A DNA stretch of 64,000 nucleotides, from positions 62,001 through 126,000 of the forward strand of contig OY253675.1 in NCBI GenBank assembly GCA_958009085.1. The letters are read 5' to 3'. The position numbers were made by a program, and so were the translations under genes. This stretch comes from Protoeuglena noctilucae. Taxonomy: Eukaryota. Positions within the stretch are counted from its first letter, which is position 1; each line of letters opens with the position of its first letter. The notes under the pieces were generated by a model that ran no database searches, had not been told where the DNA came from, and saw only the letters and a program-made list of their open reading frames with translations. This document shows, piece by piece, positions 51,101-62,746 of the stretch.

Positions 51101-54100
51101 ACTCACCGCGCCGTCCCCCCCGCGAACCCCTGCGCGTGTGCCACGTCCTGCGCCCCCGTCTGCCCCAGCGTGCCCTTTAAGTTGACATATGCCTGGCTGG
51201 TGGTGCCGGAGAGGGTCTCGAATTCCAAGGTATATTCGGTGGGCTTGGAGCCGGCCTGGAGGCGGGCCTGGGTGTCAGGGGAGGGGGATGGTGGAGTTAG
51301 ATATAGTTATGGTTATCATGATTATTACATTCCAGCGTGTACTCGGTGGGCTTGGAGGCGATAGTAATAATCACAACCCACAACTACCACCCACCCATTC
51401 CCCCTCACCTCTCTTGGCTTCTCCCCCCCCAGCCACCCCTTGCAGTGGAAGTACCACTCACTCATGATACTACAAACATCCATAATACTAGTAATAGTAA
51501 CTTGATAATCATAACCCCCTCACCTCCCTGGGCTTCTCCCCTCCCAGCCACCCCTTGCAGTGGAAGTACCACTCCTTATCCCCGCTCGCCACCCTTATCC
51601 AATCCAGCTGCCACGCGTCCGCGCCCGCCCCCCCCTCCAGCCCCACCACGCACTCCCGCAGGTCGCCCAGGGGGGGGAGCTCCCTGCGATTAGAAAGAGA
51701 TGGGTTGGGAAAATGTTATTATAATAATATGCGTATTGTTTATTACATGCTCTGCAGCTGAACTGCTATCCATTGCCTGTCCAAGTTGTCTTGCCGCCCC
51801 CACCCCATCGTGCTATTTACTTACTGCACTATTAATTGTCAGTGCTATTCATCATAGTAATAGTAACCCCATCCTCAACTACTCGCCAACCACCCCACCG
51901 CACCTGTCGAAGTTATCGATTTGTCCCGGCCGGAACGGGGGCTGCCTATCGCTGTCGATCAGCTCCACTCTCCCCTCACCTCGTGCAATAATGGTATTAC
52001 TCAGTATTTACTAGTAATACTAGTAATACTATTACTGCAAGATACCACTCCCACCGTACCTGTCGAAGTTATCCACTTGTCCCGGCCGGAATGGTGGTTT
52101 TTTATCGCTCTCGATCAGCTCCACCCTGCCGCTGCTCCCCTGCGCCCCCGTCAGCGCCACCACCACCGTCGCCACCGTCCCCGCCTCCCGGTCATCGCCC
52201 GTCTTCACGCTGATGCGGTACCTGGGTGGGGATTATGAATGGGGATTGTGGGTGAATATGGGTTTATGGGACTATAAACGACGATCAGTGGTCGTCGCCC
52301 GTCTTCACGCTGATGCGGTATCTGAATGGGGGGGATTATGGGAATAGATATGGGATTATAAACGAGGATGAATGATTGTGGATGTTTGAAAGAGATAATG
52401 ATGAACGGTGCATTGTTCATCCCAGCGACCGTGTTGGCACAAACAGATTATACACATTCAGTACATCCACATATAGTTATAGCTTATACATCACAACCAC
52501 CCCCTCGCCTCTGCTTCTGCGCTTTGGGCGCCTCCTTGGCCCTCCCCATCTCCAGCGTGCGCCTCTCCCTGCCCATCACCGCCCTGCCAGTAAACCACGC
52601 CTCGTCAATGATTTGGTTATTCCGGCTCTGCCGCACCCGCACGCACTCGGGCACCCAGTCGGGCGACTCGCCCTTGCCGTCGATGTCCAGGATGACCTGG
52701 GAAGGGAGGTGGGGGGAGTGAGACTTATTAAGTAAAGTAACAGTTCAACTATCATCATTAATAACTACAATTATCAGAGATATATCGCAATAGCTACTTA
52801 CCTGGTAAATTCGCAAACTCGAATTTACTCATAATTCACTGCTATATAGCAAATGCTGTCAGTAAAACACATCGCAACTGACAACCCATCGCATCGGACA
52901 TCGCATCGCTCCCCCCACCCTTTCCATCCAATCTCGCCTTGTTCATCTTGCCCACTGGCTTGGACGACATTTTGAAGAAATCCTTCTGCGCCCTCCGGAA
53001 GGGGACGGACGCGTCTTGCGGGTGCAGCTCCATCTGACCGGTGCGGCCACCCTCGCCCCTGGGGGGAGAAGAGGGAATGATGATAAGAGAATGATGATCG
53101 TGGTTTGGTGCACTGATGATCCCCGATGGATCACGCAACATCACCCCGACATGACTGGTACACCACCACCACCCGCACAAGACAACCCACTACACCGCCT
53201 TTACCACAAGCACTACCAGCCCACATTACAACCACCATCTCCCAACACTCACTCCACAGTTAACGTGACCGCGCTGGTCGTGGTGGGCCGCCTCTCGTCC
53301 GCCGTGTGCACCTCCACCTCGTAATCCGCCGACTCGTCCGCCTGACGCGGGCGGTCTGACGCCAGTAAACGCTTCGTCAGTCCGTCGGCGTCGGACAGCC
53401 ACGCGTGGCAGGGGAAGTAGTAGGTGTGGTTCTGGACCTGAAAGAAGAGAGAGGGAAGTGGAAAGGGTTTTATATTTAATAATAAATAGGAGATGATACG
53501 GTGCGTGTGGCTCTGGGCCTGAAGGGACAGATGCGAAAAGAGGTGCTCATTCTGAACTTAAGCAAGCCCAAGCGCATCCCTATTAACACCCACTCGCCTT
53601 CACCACCACCTCCTGCAGCTTCCAGGGCTTGCGGCTCCCCGCCGGCAGCAGCTGCACCGTCGCCGCCTCGAGCGGACCCACGGGGGGGCCGTCCCTCACA
53701 AACTCGTCCCTCCCGCCCCGCTCGAATAATTTCCCGGAACTGTCCTCTAATTGGAAAGGGCCCACCGAGTCGCGGCCGGAGTGCAGCGTCAGCTTGACCT
53801 CCCCATCCGTGGCCGCGCCTGCGGTTGATGGATAATGTTTATGCAGTTGATGATATCCACCGTGGTCAGTCGATGGATAATGGTGGTCAGTCGATTGATA
53901 GTAATTGGGTGAAAGTGATTATCGGTTTTATTGGTAGGATTGATTGATGGATAGATGGGGAGTGTCGATGAACTGACAGTAGGTAGCAACTAGTCCTTTA
54001 CGGAAACCACCGTCAATAGATAGTAACTAAATAACAACTAAATAGCTAAGCATACACATAACAAGCGCCTCACCCCTCTCGTCCGCGGTGAGGATGCTGA

Positions 54101-57100
54101 TGAAGTACTGCACGACCTTGGGCCTCGTATCGATCGGACCGGCATGCACCTCCAGCGTTCTCTCTAGCGTGTTATCCGATCGGCGCAGCCACTGCCCGCA
54201 CAGGAACTGGTACACCCGCCCCGTCGATATGTCTTTCACGGCCACTCGCTCCAGCAGCCAGTCCGGGCTCGTGCCCAGGCCATTGTGGCCGATCACCAGG
54301 CGGCTGCGATTGGATTGGGTGAGAGGGAGAGGGAGCGTGATGGTGGTGACATGGATGTCACATTATGACTGTTATGTTGTTATTATGATGCTTTTATAAT
54401 GATGTCAGAAAAAAGTACTAATAAAATTATTACAATGTTTACATTATAGTTGTATATTTACAACTATAATGAATTATTGCCAACACATCCATCCCATCCA
54501 CTCACGTGAGTTCCCCCACGTCAGGGACGTTGTCGAGTCGGAATCGTGCTGTGTTGCCCCTCCGGAAGTCCCCCTCATGGCAGGGCAGAGAGAGGGTGCC
54601 CGTGGCCCCGCCTGTCCCAATGAACTTCACGTACACGTCCGCGCTCGTGCCTGCGAGATATGGTGATAGTACTAGTATTGATAGTAGTATTGATAGTTAT
54701 GGTAGTAGTGATGGTGATATTAATAGTAATAGTAATAAAATAGAAATAAAATAGAAATAGAAATAGAAACAGAAACAGAAATCAAACAACACTCGCCTGC
54801 CCCCTGCGCGTCCCGGGTGACGATGTGTATCTCGAAAGCCTTGGTCTGCCGGTTGCCCTCTTGCGTGACCGGGATGCGCACCGTCGTCCCCGCCAGCACC
54901 GCAGAGGCAGGGGCGTCAAAGAAGTAACGGTCGCCCGAACGCAGGTCTGGGATGATAGGATATGAAGGGGAGAGAATAGTTGCAAGAGCAGTTCATGTCA
55001 AGCATTTATTGTATTTCTATTTGTAATAGTTAAATCGATGAAATTATATACAAACTGTTACGAGTTGCATGGCAGTCGAACACTGCCATAACCCTATAAC
55101 ATGCCAATAACTTCAATTTTGTAACAATAACAAGTACATTGCCACACACCCCAGACCCTCTCACCGGTGATGCGTCCGTGGTCAATGCCCCACCCGCGCT
55201 CCCCCCGCCCCCGCGGCAGCTTGATGGTCAGGAACTGCAGCCGGCCCAGCGCCCCCGCCTCGGTCAGCAGATGCTGCGAGCTGCTGTTTCTGGCGAATCC
55301 CCCGGGGGGGGGCTGCACGCGGTGGTGGGTGCCGGGGCCCCGGTCGCCCTCCAGCTGCGGGCGGGGCGATTTGAATGGGGGTGGGGATTTGAAAATTTGA
55401 ACGAAGATTTGGAAATAGCAGTGAGTGGGATTGTGGACGAGAGTGGCTGGAGTGATGGGCAACCCTTGGTGGTCTCTCTCATGAGCGCGACGGTCGGCAG
55501 TGAGAGGCGTTTATCATAAAATAAGTAACATAATGATGAAAGTATTAATTATAACACCCATCAGTATATTATCCCACCTGCACGACGACCTCCGCGTCCC
55601 ACTGCGACCCCTGGGCGTCCTTGGTCTTGAACGCCACCTCGTACTGATAAGACTCGAGCTCGGTGGCCTGGGAATCTCGAATGAGATGTAAACTATTGTG
55701 AGCAATAAAGTCATTATTGATAGTTGCATCTGCAATATCTACAGTTGTCCTTATAATATGATGTAAATCTAATTTCAATTACTATAAAATTTACATACTC
55801 ACGCATAATTATACTGATAATTATCATACATTATCACCACTTCGCCTCCCTTCATGGCCCTCCCCCCTCTCCCCTCGCCTGTGCGTAGAGGTCTGCGACG
55901 GTGGTGTGGTCGGCCCCCCTCGTCTTGCTGAGCCACCTCTGGCATAGAAACGTCCACTCCCGCCCCGTCGCCATGTGCAGCACGCGCACCGACTCCAGGT
56001 ACCAGTCGGGGTGGCGGCCGGAGCAGTCGTGCCACACACGCAGGATCTGGGGGTGGGGTGGGGTGGGTGGTCAGGGATGAGGGTGAGTGGTGGGATGGTG
56101 AGGGTGAGGGTGAGAGGTGATAGATGGGGAGTGGTGCTGGCACATCAACCTTTCATCATCCCATCACCGTCTCGCCTGTATGTCTCCGATGTCTTTGGGC
56201 ACCTCCACTCGGAAAGTGTCTGCCATGCCACGCTGGAAGGGGGGCTGGCCACTGGGGGTGGAGAGGGTTGAAAGTTGGTGGTGTTACACAGTAGCGATAC
56301 ACAACACGAAAATCATATGCCTCTGAGTTGGGCATAGCAATCGACCACATCACTCCTCAACCCTCAATCGCTTATCTCGCTCATTCCTCTCACCTGACGG
56401 GGCTCGCGAGCGCGATGGACCCCAACACGCACATGCAACAGCAACCCAGTCAGCATTACTACCCATCTCCAGTGCCACTCTTCTAACCTGACCGGGCTGG
56501 CCAGGGCGATGGACCCCGACGTCCCCTCGTCCCCCACCATCTCCGCATAGACGCGGGACGAGGTGCCCGCCTCCGCCTGCTGGCCCGTGCGCACAGTGAA
56601 CTCGTATACTAATGCGCCGCGGCTGCGGTGAACATGACGAATAGCTATAAGTATAGTAATAAGTATATGAGTAACTATCGACAGCCGATCGTACTGGCTA
56701 TGCAGCTTTGTCTCGCACCCACCATACCAACAACAACAAACATCGCACATCGCACAGCGACGCACCCCACCACCCCACCCACCCCCCTCACCTCCCGCCC
56801 CCTCCCCCCACCCCACCCCTCCTCGGCGACCACCTCATTCCACTCGCGCTTGCGTGATGCGGCAGGGGCGGCAGCGTGAGGCTGAGGTCCAACCCACCGT
56901 GCGCGTCAGCCTGCCTGACCGCGTGCAGGGCGCAGTCGCGCCAGGCGTCGCTCAGGCGGCGCATCCACAGGCGGGCGTCCGCTGCGAGTGAGGGAATGTG
57001 GAATGAGTTAGTGACAAAAGGGGTGAGGTAGAGGATGATGCATGGCGCATGCACAGGCGAGCGTCTGCTGCGACTGAATAGAGCTTAAATAGACATGGGG

Positions 57101-58833
57101 CCACCAGCGACGGTCGACAGTCTGCAGCTGACCACTCACCTGGTGTCTCATCGTCAAGTCAATCCACCCCATCAATCACGTTCCCTCAGCCGTATCGCTG
57201 ACCCCTCACCCGGCGTCTCGGCCGCCAGGAAGAAGGTGTGCACCATCACATGGACATGATAATCGTGAACCACACCCCATGAATACCACAATCACACCAA
57301 CTCACCCGGCGTCTCTGCCGCCAGGGAGAACGTGTGCACCACCACGTCAGTACAACAATCCAATTATTACTGATAGTATCCACTCACTACTATCAGCATC
57401 AGCATCACGAACACAAACACTCACCCGGCGTCTCTGCCGCCAGGAAGAACGTGTGCACCCCGCACGTGACGGCAAACACCCTCCCCGCCAGCCTGGCGTG
57501 CTGCACCCCTCCCTCCTCGTCATCACCCCCAATCCGCAAGTCAGGGACGGGACCGCGGATGCGACTGGTCAGCTGGCGAGGGTCCACCGCCTCAATGGGC
57601 TCGCGGGGGGGGGCCGGGCCGCGGGCACGGGGCGGGGGGGTGGCGGAGGTGCAGGCGGGGGCTGCGGGTGGGGTGGGGTGGGTGGGGATGGGTGGGGTGA
57701 GCGCGGGGCGGGGGGGTGGCGGAGGTGCGGGCGGGGGCTGCGGGGGTGGGGTGGGTGGGGTGAGAGTGGGGTGACAGGGTCAGGTGGGTTGCGTTCGATG
57801 GTTGCGTGGGTGGTGAAGAAAGGGTGTGGGTGGTTGCGGCTGCGACACTGCAACAAGGCCGATGCGATTCCCTGCATAGCGCACTACGCTCGACTGTATC
57901 AGCTATGACTCGTGACTGCACCAACTATGATCATTCGTGACTTTGCCCGCTTGCCTGGTTCGTAGTCTCCGTCGTCGAGGGGCAGCCGCGGTGGCGATGC
58001 GCGGGTGGCGGAGCGGGGGCGGCGGGGGAGGTTGGCGGGCATGTGACGCACGGGGAACTGCGGGCACGGATGGGGGTAGATGAGAGATGAGAGAGTGTGT
58101 GATGCTGGCAGTGCATGTGACGCACGGGGAACTGCGGACACAGATGGGGATGGATTGGAGATGAGGGAGAGTTAACATGGCATGTGACGCATTGCGGACC
58201 GTTGAGGATAAGAGAGACAGATGGATATAAGAGTGACAGGGGTTGGCATGGCATGTGTCGCAGCGTGGACAGGTGTTGATTACTCCACCATGCATTGGCC
58301 GCATCACAGCGCATGGTAAGATAGATAGCGACTTGCCTGGTCAAGGGGCAGGTACTTCAGCCCGGCCCTGTCCTTGCTCTGGTTGCTGCGGTAGTAGCAG
58401 AGGCGGTCGGGCAGGAGCACGAACTGCGGGAGAGGACGAGGACGAGTCAGCGGATGGCTGTGTTGATGACGACGGGCCATCATCGCTGCTGCGTTGGGCT
58501 GGACACTCGCACTCACGTAGCGACGCTTCCAGCTATGGCCGGGGGCGTCGTTGGTGAGCTTGTACAGCCATCTGCGGTCGCAAAAAGCGAGTTTATTCAC
58601 GAAACCACAACAATACGTCGAAACGACGTCGCCGGCGGGTCAGGCATCCGCCCACACCCTCACCCCTGGTGCAAAACCCGCTGCGACACCTCCGTGGTGT
58701 TCTGCATGGACAGCCAGGTGTCATCCTGGTGCGATGCGGACATCCCGCGCAGTCGAGGGGACCGGCCGGGGCGTCCCGGGTCTGCGGGACGCAACGGGAG
58801 ACCACGCATCTCGCGGGACGCGCTCCGACTCAT
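45122..58833 (-). CDS. N-terminal PH domain + ~12 tandem PLAT/LH2 domains (LOXHD1-like), >30 exons
   Basis: PH: 'VLHQG|WLYKLTN...SWKRRY|FVLLPDRLCYYRS...VHTFFLAAETP|ADARLWMRRL'. PLAT repeats: 'YEFTVRTG...AGTSSRVYAEMVGDEG...FQRGMADTF...HDCSGRHPDWYLESVRV...WTFLCQRWL', 'IGHNGLGTSPDWLLERVAV...YQFLCGQWL', 'GAGTNSPVFLNVYGENGDTG', 'FQRGARDEFEI', 'FKAGCVDEFEF...LGRLKQLRLGH'. Last exon ends ...FAKKGRK*. Confidence 0.85.
48560..48635 (+). repeat. intronic minisatellite (GGGGTGGCAGTG)n
   Basis: Five or more ~12-bp units; same motif as 16317-16392. Confidence 0.7.
54737..54781 (+). repeat. intronic microsatellite (AAATAG/AAACAG)n
   Basis: aaatagaaataaaatagaaatagaaatagaaacagaaacagaaa. Confidence 0.8.
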
Positions 58834-59370
58834 TTCCTGCGATGTCTAGCGCCACCATCCCAAATATGGCTGCAATTAGATCCAAGCACGAGCCCGATAT
58901 CCGCTCCCGCGGCCCTCCCCGGCCCCACACCGGCAGAAAGGTGCGGCACGGGCTAACAACCGGCCGGCGCCGCCTCCGGAGCGCCTACACCGCGTCTCAG
59001 CCAGGTTCAAGGAAAGTAACAGCTGCTATCGACTCCATCGCTGCGTTTCCGTGGGACTCGCACCCGCGGGCGAGGCGCGCCGGGCCACGAACCTCGTGAC
59101 TAGGGCCCACGGCCCGGGCCGCACGACGCGAGCGCGGCTGGCTCCCGGAGACTACCCGGGGGTTTGACAAACAGTTCGCAATGCGATGCGCAAATCACTA
59201 GCGGCGTTTCCCAGGCCTGAGCGGCTTCCGGCCCGCGCGCGTGGGGCGACCCTCGTGTCGCTCCGCAAGACAGCAAGCAAAGGCCGCGAGACGGGCAGGA
59301 CCTGCCCTCGCGAATGACGCGGCGAGATGCGCGTCGGGTCGAAACGTGGGGTCCCAGCGCCCGCGCACCT

Positions 59371-62300
59371 AGATCAAGCAGGTATATCCCAGGGCCAGAG
59401 AGCAACGAATCTCCATCTGCCCGCGGTTTATGCATAACGACGTCTCAATGCTCCAGAACTCTGGGCGCACGCTCACTGACCAGGAGCAGCAGAGCATCGA
59501 TACAACCATCACCGCGGAAGAGGTTCTTGCGGCCATCCACTCCTTTAAGCCTGACAGCGCCACGGTGCCCATGGGCCTGCCGCCTGGCCTGTACCAGCGC
59601 TACGCCCACCTCTACGCCCCACTCCTCACTCTCCTTCTCAACACCATCCAGCAGACGGGTTTTATGCCCGCCTGCTTCCTTGACAGCACCGTCACCCTCA
59701 TTCCTAAGCTCCCCAAAGCCACAGACTGCAAGCCCTCGGACTTCCGGCCCATCTCAGTCAATGATGTGGTCTACCGCGTCCTCGCCAAAGTCCTTAACAC
59801 CCGCCTGCGCCCCGTCCTCCAACGCATCATCCCCCTCAGCCAGCAGGCCTTCATCAAGGGCCGATGCATCTCACGATGCGTGTACCTCACCCGGGCCATC
59901 CTGGAACTCCTCAATCAATCTGACAAGGGCTGCTTTATCATCTTCAATGACTTTGCCAAGGCCTATGACACGGTCGACCGGCCCTTCCTCAGACGCATCC
60001 TCGAGACCCTGCGCTTTGGGGAAACGTTCTGCACCTGGTTCGACATCATGCACAACCCCTCAGCCACCTACCAGCTCAAGCTGGGTCACGGCCTAAGCCG
60101 TGGTTACAATGTCTCCACGGGCGTCCGCCAAGGCTGCCCGCTTGCTCCCTCCCTCTTCATCCTCGTGGCGCTCGTGCTCCATGAGCTGGTCGCCTCCAAC
60201 CCCGACATCAAGGGCCTCCCGGTACCGGGACCTAACAAGCCCTCCCTCTACGCTTTCCGCACCGATAAGCGGCTCGCCCAGGAGAGCCTCATCAGCCCGT
60301 TTGCAGACGACACCGAGTTCGTGCAGGCCACGGTGCAGTCCATGCACAACTTGTTCCAGGCCTTGGATACCTTCTACCGGGCAACTGGTCTGCGTTCTTA
60401 TTCCGTTAAGACGGGTGTCCTCCCAGCTGGAAAGTGGAACACGGACCCAGCAGCGCTCCACCTGCACCTCCATGCTGCCCAGGCCCAGGGCCTCGACACG
60501 CTAAACTATGACCATGCCCAGCAGCGCTGGAAACTTGATGGCTACTGGATTACCCCGCCTGGGGGAGAACCTGCAGCGCCAGTGAAATACCTGGGCCCGC
60601 TCATGGGGCCCGCTGGGGTCGTCCCGACTGACTACTCCTCCTTCGTGGCGAGCATCTATACACAGCTCCTTCGCCTCAGACAGCACGATATCCCACTGCT
60701 TCATCGGTGGAAGATTGTCAAGACGTTCGTGCTGTCACGCCTCATCTATGCGACCAAGCACTGCCCCATGGACTTCTCGCCAGGGAAGCCGGGTGCCTTG
60801 CTCCTACGCTACATTCAGCGCTACGTGCTCACGGAATCCCCCAAAACGCAACGGCTCCCGCCTGAGATTGACAGGAACGAGCTGTACCACCCCGTCAGCC
60901 GGGGCGGCCTTCAGGCCCAGCACGTGCCCTTTCACCAAGCGGCCCTCCGCTTTAAGATGATCCAGCTCCACGCGTCGGGCGCAGACCCCCTCTTCTCCAA
61001 TGCCATCCACCAGCACCTCGTCAGGTCCCTCAAGTACAAAGCGACGGTCAAATGGCGGGCGGGGTGATGGCCAACGTTATGAGACGACGCTGTCCATCCC
61101 GGTGGGGCCCCACATCTGTGCTCTGACAGCCAAAGACTGGGCGGAGCTCACGCCCACCCCCCTCACTCGTGACCTCTTCAGCGCCACCTCGATGTTCCCC
61201 GCCACCCAGATGCTTCCTCCACCACAGCCATACGCCAACCCACCCACCCTGAATGACCTGTGGGTCCACCTGACTCCAATGCTCCGAGCCCCGCTTCTCT
61301 CCAACCCACACAACCCTCTCTCCTTCCCTGCCAACTTCGTGCACAGCCGCTCTACTGACCCCACCCACCAAAGGCTGCTCCTTGATGCCACGGCTAGAGA
61401 TATCTGGGCCGCCATCATCCCAATCCTCGAACCTCTCCAACGGGCCTTCCCGCTGGTCTCGTCGCTCATCATCCCTCGTGCCTACAACGGCCGTCTGGGA
61501 CTCAAAGACCCTGACGATGTACTGACGACCCTCATGGTCCCTGCCTTGGGCTCCTATATGGCTAGGCAGATCCGTCTTGACTTCGTTTCTGCCCTCTCCG
61601 CCCACCTCAGCATCAACAGCCCTGGCCGCCCTGGGCTCCCCGCCAACGCCTGGAATGACGTCCGTGGACCCACAGTCCTGTCTCCAAGCTCTGTCCGAGT
61701 CTGTTGGAGGACAGCTCTCCCCACCTGGCATGTGCTGCGACTGCCGCCCTGGCACGCCCTCAGGCTAACCCCGCTCACCTGGCCGCCACCTCCACGGCCT
61801 GGCTCGCTGTCACCGACCGGTTGCCTACCTATTCTGACCTCCAGGGCAAGCCCTGCCCCCTCTGCCTCGAACGCCACGGCACGTCCCTCCACGACCTCGC
61901 AGAATCCTGCCGCACGGCCCAGGTCGTCTGGCACTCCGTCTTCCAATCCCTGCCTCCTCTTTCCTGGCAGTACCTCAACCGCTGCCTTGCTCATCCCTCC
62001 GTGGGGCCGTCCGGCCTCTGCCCTGACCGTGGCACTCCCACTGCGCTCCTCCTCCGTTTTGGCGCTACCTCTGCCGGCTCCGACCTCCTCCGGTCCCCCG
62101 CTTGGCGTCTTCTGTGGTCTGAGACTCTCCATGCCATCATCACCGCGCGCCGCTACTGGCGCACGGGCCATCCACTCCCAGGTGCACCCCCCATGCTACT
62201 CCTTGACCCTCCCGATGCTCTAGCGTTGGCAAGGGCCGCTCGCATCGTCTCCTACGCCAGCCACAGGATCTCGTCCGCCATGGCCTGCCACCACCGCCTC

Positions 62301-62644
62301 TCCTCTCCAGCTGCGGCCTCTATGCTCCAAGACCTCCACGATCCTTCCCTCCCCCAGGGGGTCTTCTTCAAGGCCATCTCTGTCACTCAAGACCTTTTCT
62401 CTTCTTTCCCACCTCTGCCTCCCCCGCAGCCGCCACCCCATCGCCGTGTTCCATTGGAGCCGGGATAGGGGGGCTAGGGGGGGTTGTCTGTTCTCCGAGT
62501 ATGCTAGCTTGGCGGCTACTACTGACCTTTGTGCCATCACCTCTCTTCTCCTACTCCTTCTCTCTATTCGGGTTTCTAGCGGGTAGGGTTTTGAGGGTAC
62601 CCTAGCCGTCATCTCTTTAAATCCTCATTGGCAAAAAAAAAAAA
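59371..62644 (+). mobile_element. 5'-truncated non-LTR retrotransposon (L1/Tx1-like LINE)
   Basis: Intronless RT ORF, downstream CCHC-type zinc motif, short 3' UTR and A12 tail at 62633-62644. No ORF1 or APE endonuclease upstream (in-frame TAG at 59370-59372). No convincing target-site duplication. Confidence 0.88.
59430..62468 (+). pseudogene. LINE ORF2 remnant: reverse transcriptase + C-terminal zinc-binding region, two apparent frameshifts (~61060, ~61660)
   Basis: RT motifs 'DFRPISVNDVVYRVLAKVL', 'QQAFIKGR', 'DFAKAYDTVDR', 'GVRQGCPLAPSLF', 'FADD', 'KYLG'; third frame 'CPLCLERHGTSLHDLAESCRTAQVVW' resembles the zf-RVT region. Confidence 0.85.
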
Positions 62645-62746
62645 TGCTGCCGCCCGGCGCTCGCGGTCGTCCCTGTCCTCGCCCCGTCGCTCGTCCGCGA
62701 GGGATTTCAGCTGCCCCGTGCCGGGAATGGTTGAAAGTGGGGAGCG

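Noticed and set aside
12851..58200. Echoes as conventional mutually exclusive exons or introner-type transposons
   Set aside because: Most echoes have only one splice site and cover only part of the exon; introns share no family-level sequence or terminal repeats with each other.
60298..60312. FADD rather than YADD in the reverse transcriptase
   Set aside because: FADD is normal for L1-clade reverse transcriptases.
62580..62600. Telomere-like TAGGGTTTTGAGGG in the LINE 3' UTR
   Set aside because: Fewer than two imperfect units; not an array.
59350..62665. Possible target-site duplication (cgcccgcgc versus cgcccggcgc)
   Set aside because: Inexact, not flush with the element ends, and expected by chance in GC-rich DNA.
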